64,000 bases of DNA from Octopus vulgaris. Its lineage: Eukaryota. Within the stretch, counting starts at the first letter, position 1. The number at the start of each line of letters is the position of its first letter. Below are positions 12,853 to 26,329 of the stretch, piece by piece. The notes under the pieces were generated by a model. It saw only the letters and a list, made by a program, of their open reading frames with translations. It had not been told where the DNA came from and ran no database searches. The position numbers were made by a program, and so were the translations under genes. Location: positions 82,708,001-82,772,000 of the forward strand of contig OX597816.1 of the NCBI GenBank assembly GCA_951406725.2, read 5' to 3'.

Positions 12853-13075
12853 AAGGTGGCAAGCCAGCAGAATCATTAGCGTGCCAGGCAAAATGCTTAG
12901 TGACATTTTGTCAGTCTTCATGTACTGAGTTCAAATTCCATTGAGGTCAACTTTGCCTCTCATCCTTTCAGAGTTGATTAAATAAGTACCAGTTGAGTAC
13001 TGGGGTTGATGTAATTGACTTAACCCCTCCCCTGAAATTGTTGGCCTTATGCCAAGATTTGAAATCAATATAATC
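12853..13075 (+). mobile_element. SINE family B (central domain resembles the Meta-SINE domain)
   Basis: aaggtggcaagccagcagaatc...gagttcaaattcc..gaggtcaactttgcctctcatcctttcagagttgattaaataagtaccagtt. Confidence 0.85.
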
Positions 13076-13249
13076 ATTGAACACTGCCACTCCCAAACTA
13101 AAAGATTATAGACTTTATTATTTTTAATTAAATATGGGTGGAGAGAGGAAACAGAATAAGAATAAAAATTAACATTGTATCTTCTGGTGTTTAAAATATA
13201 CAAAATAATTCTATGATCAACCATTTAGTTAGCAGTTTTATATATATAT

Positions 13250-13535
13250 GTTGAAGCATGGAATAAATTACGCATGTCAGTCGTCAACTATCAGGACACT
13301 ATCCTTCTGAAATTCCATGCTTTCTGCAATCTGTCAACACACGATTCCTGACATGATTACATATATTTCCATCTCTATGGCTCTTTCACTATGAATTTTG
13401 CCATGCTTTATCATATGTACTCTGCATGTAGTTTTGGTTATTGATATTATGTTCTTTCTTGCCTTACTACTGTTTTGTCACCCGTTTTACCCTTTCCTGA
13501 TGAATTATAGGCACTTGAGCATTGTATAGAATAAA
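13250..13535 (+). mobile_element. CR1-like LINE 3' end, diverged
   Basis: gaagcatggaataaa...gcacttgagcattgtata matches the 3' ends of the LINEs at 33613 and 57365. Confidence 0.65.
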
Positions 13536-13774
13536 CTTGTTACGACATATGTGAGTGATTGTGCATGTGTTCCTCACACAGTTGCTATGTCATGTGAATG
13601 ACAAATTTACAGCAATGTGAAATTCCAGTTTGGCATTCAGAAAGGAAAAAGTAGATACTGGAGCTCAATGCAGTCCTTGGACTCATCGTGGCCTTTCAAA
13701 CTGTTCATCCAATGCCAACAAGGAACCTGGACATTAAAAGATGATGATGAATGATATATATATAAATATATATA

Positions 13775-14190
13775 GGCGCAGGAGTGGCCGTGTGGTAAGT
13801 AGCTTGCTTACTAACCACATGATTCCGGGTTCAGTCCCACTGTGTGGCACCTTGGGCAAGTGTCTTCTACTATAGCCTCGGGCCGACCAAAGCCTTGTGA
13901 GTGGATTTGGTAGACGGAAACTGAAAGAAGCCTGTCGTATATATGTATATATATATATATATATATATGTGTGCGTGTATGTTTGTGTGTCTGTGTTTGT
14001 CGCCCTAGGATTGCTTGACAACCGATGCTGGTATGTTTATGTCCCCGTCACTTAGCAGTTCGGTAAAAGAGACTGATAGAATAAGTACTGGGCTTACAAA
14101 GAATAAGTCCCGGGGTCGAGTTGCTCGACTAAAGGCGGTGCTCCAGCATGGCCGCAGTCAAATGACTGAAACAAGTAAAAGAGTAAAGAG
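13775..14190 (+). mobile_element. SINE family A, young full-length reference copy
   Basis: A-box-like TGGCCGTGTGG (13785-13795), B-box-like GGTTCAGTCCC (13828-13838), central (TA)/(TG) tract, agtaaaagagtaaagag tail; many CpGs intact. Confidence 0.92.
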
Positions 14191-15554
14191 TATATATATT
14201 ACTATAGAAAGAGAGAGAGAGAGGCACCTGTGCTGGTAACATGTAAAAGGGCACCTGTACCAGTGACATGTAAAAGACACTCAATAAACTCTGTAAAGTG
14301 GTTGGTATTATAAAGAGTATTCAGCTATAGAAACCAAGCTGAAATAGATGACTGGAGACTGGTGCAGCTCTCCAGCTTATCAGCTCAGGTCAAACCCATG
14401 CAAGTATGGAAAATGGACATTAAAATGATGATGGTGATATATGTATGTATGTATGTGCATGACTTAGTGGTTAGGGTGTTGCTTATGACACTTGTTACCT
14501 TTTCAGTTTCTGTGATCTTTTGAAGCTTCTAAGATAGTGTTTCTCTTCATTTCCTTTGCCTTATTTACACTTTGATTTATGTATATTCAAACAAACCCTT
14601 ACATCTACATACATGGAAAACTATTAGTAACATCTACTTTTTTCGAGTACAAGACAAAGTGGGAGTTTGTACGTGGTTACTCAAATTCTTAAAAACAGTA
14701 GTGAAATATCTGCCAGTCTAATACTTTACTCTTTAAAAGAAAATGAAGGATATATGGTTTGGAAATAGGAAAGAATGGTCATAGCCGGAATGCTTTGATC
14801 ATAGGTTTGCTTAGGAATTGTGCTAGGGTTAAACATTACCAGTTATGAAGGAACAGAACAGAAATTAATCTGGCAGGAAAATTTTCATTAAACTGGAAGA
14901 CATTAAGCGAACAAATACAATATATTATCACAAGTCACACACACATACATACATATAAAATGTGGATTGTTATATACATTCACAGGATCTGTTAAAATAT
15001 CAAATGTATGTGAACATGTTAATATATAATTAGTGTTTCAGTAAAATTGAACAAAGAAAAACCAAAGCGGATCTACATCTGCTTATGAAAGGTTATTGGT
15101 GAAATAAGGACGAAGGTTAGAATAATTAAATCTATTAAGAGAGCATGCGTGTATGTGTCGTTAGCAGGATTATAAACTGGCTGTAGTGAGATAACAGTAA
15201 TGGTTTTTAATGCTGGTAGAGGGTGACAAATTGTGGCGGGTGGGAATAGTCAATTAAGTCGATAATAATGTAACCATTGTCAGATTCGGTAGAGTGTAAG
15301 AGAAAGTGTCTCGCGATACTTAGTAACGCCTATTTATGTTTTGAATACAAATTCTGTCAGGGTCAACTTTGCCTTCATCCTTCCGGGGGTGGTGGGGCGG
15401 GTGTGTTGATAAATATGCATCAATCCAGTATTGAGGTTAATACAATGAACTATAACCTTCTCTGTAAATTTGGCCTTGTAACAGTTTCAGAAAGTGAATG
15501 TTATCAATACATATAATATGCTGCATGTCTTTTTGTATATACATATATATATTT

Positions 15555-16000
15555 TTTTATTTGTTTCTGTCATTTGATTGCAGCCATGCTGGAGCAGCAC
15601 CTTTAGTCGAACAAATCGACCCCAGGACTTATTCTTTGTAAGCCTAGTACTTATTCTATTGTCCCTTTTGCAGAACTGCTAAGTTGTGGGGATGTAAACA
15701 CACCAACATCGGTTGTCAAGTGAAGGTAGGGGGGGCCAACACAGACACACAAACATACATATCATCATCATTTAACGTCTGTTGGACAGTTTGACTGGGC
15801 TGGCACACTGGAAGGCTGCACTATATATATATATGACAGGCTTCTTTCAGTTTCTGTCTACCAAATCCACTCACAAGGCTTTGGTCAGCCCGAGGATCTA
15901 GTAGAAGACAATTACCCAAGGTGACACGCAGTGGGACTGAACCTGGAACCATGTGGTTGGTAAGCAACCTACTTACCACACAGCCACTCCTGCTCCTATA
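15555..16000 (-). mobile_element. SINE family A with a family C fragment in its central microsatellite
   Basis: Reverse-complement match; catcatcatttaacgtc insert at about 15760-15820. Confidence 0.85.
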
Positions 16001-16403
16001 CTTTTTTTGTGAGTAACACTTTAGTGTTTGAGGCTGTTGAATTTGTTCCACTTTATAATACTTATACTTTCTAAATCATTCAACATGAGCTGGAGTCGTT
16101 CTGTTTATTTTTTTGTATTTATCTCATAATGCTTAATGAAAATTTTCTAAATTATCCAATAGTGTTTCTACACTCTTGCTATAACAGCATCTTTACTTAG
16201 TTATTCTGTTTGTCTTTTGTACATTCAGCTTCATTCTCTTATCTTTGGTAGATGGAAACTGAAAGAAGCCCACCATATGTATGTGTTACTCATGTGGGTA
16301 GCTAGGAATGTATGTATATTTATGTAATACATATACATTTATATATATATATATGTATATACATATGTATGTGTGTGTGTATATATATATATATATGCAT
16401 CTA

Positions 16404-17243
16404 TCATCATCATCATTTAATGTCTGCTTTCCATGCTAGCATAGGTTGGATAGTTTGATTGAGGACTGGTAAGCCAGGAGACTGCACCAGGCTCCAATCT
16501 GATCCAGCAAGGTTTCTACAGCTGGATGCCCTTCCTAACGCCAACCTCTCTGAGTGGGTGCTTTATATGTGCCACCAGCACATAGGCCAGTCAGCCAGCA
16601 CTGGCATCAACTATGCTCAAATAGTTCTTTTTACATGTCACCGGTGTGGGAACCAGTCAGGTGGCACTGGTATCGGGCATGACTATGATTTTACTTGACT
16701 CAGCAGGTCTTCTCAAGCACAGCATATTGTCCGACGATTGAAGGGTACTTTTAAATGGGCTGGCTATGCGACATTGGCATCAGCCATGGCTATGATCTCA
16801 CTTGACTTGCGAGGTCTTCTTAATCACAACATCTCCCCAAAGGTCTCGGTTTCTTGTCATTGCTTCTGTGGGGCCCAACGTTCGAAGGTTGTGCTTCACC
16901 ATCTCATACTATGTCTTCCACTGTTAGGGTGTGATACTTCTTCACACAGCTGTCCTCATTCATATGCAACACATGACCATGCAGCGCAGTGGTCTATCTT
17001 GTACACCACATCTGATGCTTCTTATGTCCAACTTTTCTCTCAGGGTTCTTACACTGTCATATGCACACTGGCATTACACATCCAGTGGAGCATACTAGCT
17101 TCATTTCTTTCAAGCCTACGCATGTCTTTCAGCAGTCACAGCCCATGTTTCACTGCCGTATAGCATGGCTGTTCACACACATGCATCATACAGTGTACCT
17201 TTGACTCTGTGCGAGAGGCCCTTTATTACCAGAAGAAGTAGGA
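16404..17243 (-). mobile_element. 5'-truncated RTE-clade LINE (RT C-terminus plus long 3' UTR, (GAT)n tail)
   Basis: Minus strand: KGLSHRVKGTLYDACV*TAMLYGSETWAVT...RRLERNEASMLHWMCN...GHVLHMNEDSCVKK (YGSETW and GHV-x-M RTE motifs), with frameshifts. Confidence 0.88.
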
Positions 17244-17480
17244 GTGTAAGTGGCTGAGCATTCAACAGATACACATACCCTTAATGTAGTTCTCAGGGAG
17301 ATTCAGCGTGACGGAATCTGACCGGGCTGGCACTTCAAAATACAGATAGTTCCCATTTTAGCTAGCTGAGTGGACTGGAGCAACGTGAAATAAAGTTTCT
17401 TGCTCAAAGACACGACGTGCCGCTGGCAACCAAACTGACGACCTTACGATTGTGAAATGCCTTAGTCACAAAGCCACGTA
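17244..17480 (-). mobile_element. SINE family D
   Basis: Matches 37215-37520 (ttctcagggagattca, gctgagtggactggagcaacgtgaaataaag, cttgctcaa.gacac). Confidence 0.75.
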
Positions 17481-17809
17481 TAGAAAGGAATAAACAAGAA
17501 GTGATTATGTTTTTCACAAGCAGAATTTGTGACATAATAATACCAACAGCCAAGTTTTCTTGACTAGGAGATAAAAAGATAATAATTAACCATGTGGAGA
17601 AATACGTAAAGTTAAATCCCTTCAGCTATACACTGATACTTATTTTAAGGACATCGAATTGATGAAAGAAAGGCTTGAGTTGGTTCCGGCATGATTTGTA
17701 ACAAGAACAATGAGGTACTGATCCTATTAAGCGACGCATCTAGCTCCACCGAAATGACAAGCTGCTCATCCACTCCCATACACACGGAATTGAGCAGGCT
17801 ACAAGACTC

Positions 17810-18290
17810 CTGAAGAAGTCTTCATGCGGTCATTTTGCCTGCTAGAAATGACAGAAATAAATCTTGCTCAAATTTATCCTTGCCATCTTAAGAAATGGGA
17901 AGGACACATTGGCTAATGTAGTCTTAGATACACTATACCTAAAAAAAAAAAAAAGACAGGTTGGTCATAACCAGAATGCCTTTGATTATATCAATCAGGG
18001 CTGACTCGGAATTTTGACAACTTAATTTTCTTAGCAAGGACGATGAAAGAATTGAAAAAAACCCCGCAAAACATGAAAGTAAACACGAATTAGGGAACCA
18101 TTACATTATCGTAGAGCTTGCTAGAAATAGTAGCCAAATTACTGTCAAATCACACCCGACAATCTTAGAAAAGGCCATGTATAATGAGGAAATCGGCTCC
18201 AAACACAGGGGGTGGGGGATGGTCATGGCTGAAAACTTTTGAACATATGATCAAGGTTGAGCTGAGGGTTAAACATTAACCTCAACAACT
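17810..18290 (+). mobile_element. Two copies of dispersed family E (SINE-like, (AAC)n tail)
   Basis: ctgctagaaat..cagccaaat..ctcaaatcacacc...ggacacattgg.taatgtagtc...ggtcatggctggaatgcctttgatc. Other copies: + near 6990, 14660, 24800, 27480; - near 1, 5190, 25585, 28290, 48545/49360, 49510, 49900. Confidence 0.75.
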
Positions 18291-20905
18291 AGCATTAGTG
18301 TCACTGTGTCAGCAAAAGCCAATATAGTAAAATGAAGAAAGCCAAGTTTTGTGATAGAGAGGAAATAAAAAGTTGACTTCTCTAAGGCGGGCTCTTAAAT
18401 CATTAATATTTCTTTATGTAGCCTATCAATAAACCACACTTCGCAAGAGAACAAAACACAAGCTAGAACCTGATGTAACCGTTGATAAAATTTTATAACT
18501 GAAAATATTCTCGTGTGCTGTGGGAAGAGAGTTCTGATGAAGAAGGGCTCAAATCGGAAAGGTCTTTTCTCAGGGCACACATACTGTTCTCATTTTACGA
18601 ATTCTTGAGAAAATTGTCGAATTTCAACTTCAAGTTTTAAAGATAACAAAGTAAAGTAGAAAAGAACGGAGGCACACCTATGGTCGGTAATACTTGGAAT
18701 TGTCAACAAGATTAATACAAGACGAAATATTTCCTCTTTCAAATTATTCTTTAGATCTAGGTTAGATCGAGCAAAACTATTCTGTCTTTAGGCACGGTGA
18801 AAGTAACTTTTCTTTTCGGTCTTAGAATACGCTGTCTTATTAAAACTAATAAAGCAAAGCCATTGTTTTTTCAAGTCAGAAGAAAGAAAAAAAATCGATT
18901 AAATATTGTATAATACTGATACTTATTACATCGACCTTGGAACGATAAAAGGCATTGTCGACTCCAGAGAAGATTTCAAGATCTTTTACAGCCCTAATTA
19001 ATTTCTTATATTGACATAAGTTCACAAATACACAATCACTTGGAACGGCCCTAGAATATATTTGTTAACTGTTTAATGGATAAAGAGAAAAGACAAACCC
19101 CTCGTGAAATCTGAACAACCATATGCTAACAGTTTGTTAGTAATTAAGGCATAAACTGTCGTTTACAATACATAAGAATTCAAATTTAGAGAGGAGAGAG
19201 AAAGATGACAGTAAGCCTTTCTCAAATGCCACTAGATCACATGCGAGGGCGTTAGACACCATCTGCTGTCCTGTAATTTCATTACAATGGCACAGCACCA
19301 AACGAAAGGGCTAACACACCCTTAAATAACAACAGCAACAAGTCAGAATATAAAATGAGTTTGTATTGTAAACGAGTTGTTGCTTTTGCGACCTTGAGGC
19401 ATAAAGTAATAATGTCCACCTGATATATGAAAGTACCTGAGACTACACACACACACAATCTGTGATGTGTAACAGCGGAAATAATAGTGATTATATCAAT
19501 CTTTCATCTATCGCTATTCCATTAAAATATTAACTTCAATAGCTTTCCAGAAACGACAAATTTCTCAAAAAATATATACAAGTGATAAACAGCTACATTG
19601 GCGCAATACTACAAATATTAAGCGACGATCGACACCAGGTGTTGTTAGCTCCGGGTTTGCTTCGATGAAGCAGATCAAAAACATTAAAACACAAACTAAT
19701 GTGGCAGAGGTAAAAAAATACGCACACCACCCGTTTTCGGCGTAACCTTAACTCTAAACACCGGGTGTACATATTCTTTACTTTCGCCAACTAATGTATT
19801 CTTCCTGCTTTTTTTAGAGGGTTGGATGCAATTTTAGTGGTCCCCTCGCTAGTTTGAATCAACACCAGTGTATGTATCTTACACGTGTGTGTGTGTGTAT
19901 AAACATCTGGTATTCATTTTATCGATCCTAGACGAGAAAATGATAGGGTCGACACAGCAGGGTTTAAATGATAAGTCTGCATCAGCGGAATTTGAACTCA
20001 GATTGCAGAGCAGACGAAAATGAAATTGTAGCGATAGCGATATGACAGTATATTGACAGTAGTGTATGAAACTCAGCTTTAATAAAATAACAAGGCAATC
20101 TTCAGTGAAAGTAAAAGTAATTATATCATAAAATATATCGTGTGGGTGGAGAAAAACGCATGATCAAAAACAATTTATATAAAAAAAAGAAGAAAAATTA
20201 CTCGAAAATTACAATCATAATCCAACATTATTTTACTGGTTTTAGACAAACAAGCACCGATTTCTTAATTTTGTATCATTGAGGAAATTAATGATTTCAA
20301 CTAAGAGACCCTTCCCTATTTTGTATGTGCCAATGCTAAAACTCATTATTACTAGACTTATTTGTTTATAATGTTTCAGTTAGAAAACCACCCTTTATTA
20401 TCCAACTGCATAGCTAACACACTTCAATATATACCCCATAGGTACTAAACATGTGTGGGACCTATTATTCAATATCCAGAATTTTCTGAAAAAGCAGATA
20501 CAATGAAATCAAAGTGTAATATTCAAAAAGCAAGCCAAACAATTCTTCCGATTATTTAAGTTAGGATTTAAAAAAAAAAAAAATGTGGTATTTTATGAAG
20601 AAATTTCTCACACGGTCTCAATCTTTTCAGCTCTGTGAAACTATTGCCGTCTTCTTGTTTCTATGTCTCTAAGTTAGATATCTGAATTCCAAGAATAAAA
20701 TGAAAAAATATCCCGAAAAAATTAGGTCCTAGACATATTGGGTTAAACGGCCTCAAGAGGTGGTGCCGATAAATGTGTGAACATCCAAATCTACATTCAC
20801 ATATACAAATATATGAACATACATCTGTATAAATACATTACATACACGAGTATTTTTCCATAAGTATATGTATACAGTTATATACACATGTATAAATGAA
20901 CTGTG

Positions 20906-20956
<51 letters not shown>

Positions 20957-22895
20957 GTATGTATGTATGTATATACACACACAGAGTTCATTTATACATG
21001 TGGGTGTGTATATGTAAACATACATAAACATAATTGTATATAAAGAATTTTTACACATGCACTTACAGAATACTGAAGAAGACTTATTATAATGCTAGAA
21101 TGGCATGTAATTAGGAAAAGAAAACAAACTATATTCGTTTTCAATAATTACATCCTGTTGATGGCAGGAAGAACGAAAGTAGGGGACAAGTCCGTTTAAT
21201 GAGGACGTCAATATTGTTATGAATCATTACTCATGCTGTAGAAAATCTGGCCATCATGATTTAAGAAAAGAGAAGAAAATGTGAAAACGGGTACAAATGA
21301 AATAGAGAAAAATAAAAGAAATCACACACACACAAATAAATAATAGCCGGTAGTAGTTCATTTAAGAACATGGTTAATTGCATGGCATTACTAATTAGAA
21401 CTTTCAGAGATAATTGAAATTATAATTAATCTTAGAATAACAACGTTTTGTGAAATGGATTAAAAAGATTGTCTTCACAAATTATAGTGGTGAATATATT
21501 TGTACGTCGGTATGCATGTGTGTATATTACACACATACAGATAAATACATATATAGACACTTAAATGTACATATAAACATACATATACGTATACACACAC
21601 CTTCCATTACAAGGGTAAATGAAGAAAATTGTAACGGAATCAGATTGTAATCAAATTTTTTATAGTAAAACTATTTTGAAAAATGAAGAGACACCAGATG
21701 ATCGAAGGAATACAATAAAATATATACACAATATAAATATGAGTATATATGAGTAGATCTACCAAAGCTTTTCTCTCTCCCTGTTTAAGGCATTGCTAAT
21801 TTGACAATTCTAAGTTGAAGTTAAAGAGCGGATGAAAGTAAGAGCTCGATTTCGGCTATTCAACATCTAAAATTAAATTCTAAAACACGATCGAAGCAGC
21901 AATGCCTGTAGAAACAATACATAAGTTCTATATAAAACGAAGTACAATATGTAATTTGAAATACACAAACTGAACGGTGAATGTGTTTTGAAGCCATTAA
22001 CACAGAATGAAAAGTATTACACACTCACATACAAATTTATTACATACGTTTGTGTATTATGAGTTGACCACAATATTGTGTGTGTGTATATATATTTGTA
22101 TACACACACATACATATATGTTCATTCCGACAGGTATATTTTACATAACAATAAAGACTTCAGTTTTGATTTTTAAAAGGAAGATTACACAACCATATAA
22201 GTATTACTACATTGATTTTGACCGGGACTTCAAGTTTCGCCTAACGGCTTGTTCAACTCACTTTTAATATTGATTCTTCCTACGACTAAATGTTCTTTTT
22301 TTTTTTGTAATATCACCCCACCCATGTTAACATGTGTAATTACACTTTATATAGAGTGTATGGAAGATGGTGAGATTATAAACCTTTTTTAAAACTAACA
22401 CACATTCATGTATGTCCACCCCAATTTCTCAAGAAGCACCAGCTCAATAAATAAGATATAAAAAAAAACTTGAAGATCAAACCAGAATGAATTCGAAGTT
22501 TTTTTTTTTTTTAAATGGGAAAGAATGAAAGACAGACAGGACCAAAATTGGTTAATGTTGGTCTTGTTGGAAGAAATTATAAAGAAAATAGCCCAAAGAA
22601 AAGACTAAGACAATTCGAAAAGCAACACCCAACCTTCCAGGAAACATACTGGACTGTCTCAAGAATTATCAAGATAAACAATTTAAACGTTTTAGTTATG
22701 ATGAGAGCTTTAACAAAATCAAGGATCATATTAAAATTGTAGTGAAAATGTTACGACTACAGCTGTAATATTTAGAAACTCAGTTATAAACGTATATATA
22801 TATGTATATGTATGTATATATATAAGTAAACATATCTATCGCTATACACCTCTTTTTCTTCATTTATGTATATATGTATATATCTATATAGCTAC

Positions 22896-22938
22896 CTTGT
22901 TTGTTGTCTGTTCTACTTAACTTGTCTGGATCGGCCAT
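22896..22938 (-). CDS. Candidate first coding exon (MADPDKLSRTDNKQ + G, phase 1)
   Basis: Kozak-like caaaATGG, 43 coding nt, donor CAAG|gtagct; non-repetitive peptide downstream of UTR-like low-complexity sequence in a CpG-rich zone. Confidence 0.5.
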
Positions 22939-23580
22939 TTTGCAAGTGTTTTCTCTCACCCACCTCTTACTTCTCCTCTTTCTTTTCCCTTCTGCTTTTG
23001 TTGGTGTTGTTGTGTAAAGAGAGATGATGGTGGAGGTGTTAACACTGTCAATTGCAATAGTGAGGGTGTGTGGTGGTAGCAACGAGTAGTAGTGTAGTGA
23101 AAGCTATGGTGATGGTGGTGGTGGTGGTGGCGGTGTGTAGAGCAGTGATAAGAGAGGTGGCAGGAGAGTGTAGTATAGTGATAGGAGTGATGATGGTGGC
23201 GGTGGGTATTAGTAGATTCTTATGATGGTGGCGGCGGTAGTGTTAATTATGGAGGTAGTATTTATGATAATGATAGTAGTGTTGGTGCTGATGATGTTGT
23301 TCGTGAAGGTTGGAGGCGAGCAGTAATGGTAGTACTAGTGGTCGGTGTGATAGTATGAATTACGGAGGCAGGAGAAAGACAGATAGTTAGAGAGAGAAAG
23401 AGGAGGAGAGAAAAAAGATAGAGAGAATACGAAAAAGAGAAAAAGGAACAATTGAGAAAGTGAGAAGGAAAAGCAAGAAAATATAGAGCGAGACTTAGAG
23501 AGATGTGACAATGTGTTTCAAAATTCCTCTATTTTCAATTCTCTATACTACCCTCTCTCTCTCTCTCTACACACACACAC

Positions 23581-23637
<57 letters not shown>

Positions 23638-23643
23638 AATTTA

Positions 23644-23679
<36 letters not shown>

Positions 23680-23692
23680 AATTTATATACAT

Positions 23693-23723
<31 letters not shown>

Positions 23724-23798
23724 GAAGATAGATAGATAGATATAGATATATAATACTCACACACATTTATATATATATATAGAGAGAGAGAGAGTGTG

Positions 23799-23844
<46 letters not shown>

Positions 23845-24293
23845 AAGAGAGGTGAAAAATTTCTTTACAGTAGCTAATACATATACCTGTATCTGAGTTT
23901 GTGTGTGTGTGTATGAACGTATGTATGAAGAACAGTAGAAAGAGCTAAAGAGCATAAAAAGAAGCAACAGAGGAGAAAAAAGGGTAAGGCGAGAGAGAGA
24001 GCGAGATAGTGCACGTGTATGTATTTAATAATCCCTTTTCTGTCATACACTCTCTCGCTCTACATACATACATAGAAATCGAGAGATTGCGACACAATCA
24101 CAAACATATGCTTTTTCTATTCTCCCGTGTCTTTAAATTTATTTATATATCAATTTCACTTTCACTACACACACACTCACACACACACACTAATTATTTA
24201 GAGAGAGTGTACAGGAAAATAATTTGCAGCACAAATGTATTCTCTAAGTGTGAAAGACACACATATGTATACATATATAATATTTATATACAC

Positions 24294-24339
<46 letters not shown>

Positions 24340-25779
24340 CATACGCGCGCGCACACACGTGTGTGTTTTTTGCGCGTGTGTGTGTATATTTCAGTGGTTG
24401 GTTGATCGTAATCAAAATTCAGAGTTGCATCGATACACCAAAATTGAAAGCAATCTGAGCAAAATTAAAGGCGGTTGAGAAACACGAGATCCCATCATCT
24501 CAAGTATAACTCTGAGTATCGCGAGTTACGTGATCAACGTTACTCGAGCCGCACAGTATATGGAGTAATAACCGTAACAAAAAGTAAAAGAAAAGAGAGA
24601 GAGGGGGGGGGGTAATATGAAAAGTAAAGGAAATCAACGAAAATGAGAAAACGTGGAAGAAAGAACGGAGAGGAAGTAGAAAAAATGCGAAGAGAGCAGG
24701 TTGTGTAACGGTTGTTCTGCTGTCACTTCAAGAAAATCGTCGCTACTTATATATATATATATGGCTTAGATATGACTACTTCCGTCACCACCGCTATTGC
24801 ATGTTAACGCGGTTCGACTTACGTAGTCAGTTGGCCTGTTAGAAATAGCAGCAAAATATCCCTCGAATTGCGGCATACTGTCTTACTGGAACGCCAGAGT
24901 TAGATGATATTAGTTTTAGATCCACTATGTCTGTAAAATAAACAGTGGTATGTATGGGCACGGCTGGAGTACTTTTGGTTTGTGGATCTAGATAGATCTG
25001 CTGGAATTAACGACTGACCTGCGGTTAAACTGCTATTACAAAATTTATCGCCATAATCGTATACTTCGCTGCCAACTGTCACGAATACTACCCTCTTTTT
25101 CTCGCTATCAACATTAACACCATCATGAGCATGTCCCCGCACCACCCCTCACGCACATAACACCAACGATATTGTCACAAACACAATCATCATCATCATC
25201 ATTATCATCAGCTGTAATACCATCAAATATTGACCACCACCACCACCACCAAAACCAGCATTGAGTCTCGTCTGTCGTAGCCCTTTATCATTTTAGGCAT
25301 CTCCATCTCACGCTAACGACTGTAGTAATACTAACGATGGTACATTACTCTTAGTAAAAACTATTATAACGGTTGTTATTATTATTATTATTATTGTAGT
25401 AGTAGTATTGATAGTAGTTGTGGAAATAGTTTATTATGTGTAGCAGTAGAGTTGTGGTTTTAGTAGTAATGGTAGTTGTGGGGGGAGGGGTAGTAGAAAT
25501 GGTAGTACTAGTAATGGTAATAGCAATGATTGTGTTAGTAGAAGCAGAGGCAGTAGAAGGAGTGTTAGTAATGGCAGTTATTTTTCGTTAACCTCATTTT
25601 GGTTTGGATTGGGTTGACTAGACCAAGGACTGAAATCACTTTAGTTGTGACCAATCTGTCTGTTTTAAGGACTACATTATCTAATGTGTCCTTCTTTGTT
25701 TAAGTCAGTTGGGGGAAGGGGCACTGATTTGAGGGAAATTTGGTTGCTATTTCTAGCAAGACTACAGACTAAACAGAAA

Positions 25780-26105
25780 TTGTGATTCTCAACTTTTCCT
25801 ATGCTTTCACATGACTAAGTGCTTGATTAATTTTTGTATCCCTTACAAAAGTAATATCACATTTGGAGATGAAAAGAAAATTTTCAAATAACTAATTAAT
25901 TTTTCTTTAATTGAATCACATAGGAAAGAACATGTTCTTAATATACCAAATAGAACATAGTCAAATTTGAGAGTAAATTAATTTTATTTTCAATAATGAT
26001 TTTAATAAATTTTAATGAAGTATATACTTTCACTCTTAGTTTCACCCATTGAAACTGCATTTTATACCCCCAGAGTGTGTAGGCATCCCAGGTTAAGAAC
26101 TTCTG
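25780..26105. mobile_element. Degenerate hAT-like MITE
   Basis: Ends gtgattctcaac ... ggttaagaacttctg resemble CAGTGxTTCTCAAC TIRs. Confidence 0.45.
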
Positions 26106-26329
26106 TTTAATCATGATAATATTTTATGTTGTTAGTAGTAGTGATTTCTCAGGGTATCAACTTTGAAAGTGTTGAGGGGAGCTAGCTCTGAATGAAGGTA
26201 GTGCCCTTTGTCTTTGTGGGCCTTCTGAGACTCTTGAGATTGATACTGTTAATGTTCAGCTTAGATCAGTCATGAGAAAACTGCAGACCATGAAATGGTA
26301 CACCTAACGAAAAATTATCTTGGATTATT

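Larger units (their letters stand above)
17300..25350. promoter_or_regulatory. Broad CpG-retaining region with promoter/5'UTR character
   Basis: CpGs are frequent even inside old repeats; low-complexity (GGT)n/(GA)n upstream of the ATG at 22938; TATA-like TATATAAG on the minus strand at about 24746-24753. Confidence 0.4.

Noticed and set aside
13775-13850. tRNA gene
   Set aside because: Only A/B-box-like motifs of a SINE head, continuous with the SINE body; no full cloverleaf.
18520-18575. CTGATGA...GAAAGGTC hammerhead-like spacing
   Set aside because: No helix II pairing and no palindromic helix III; likely chance.
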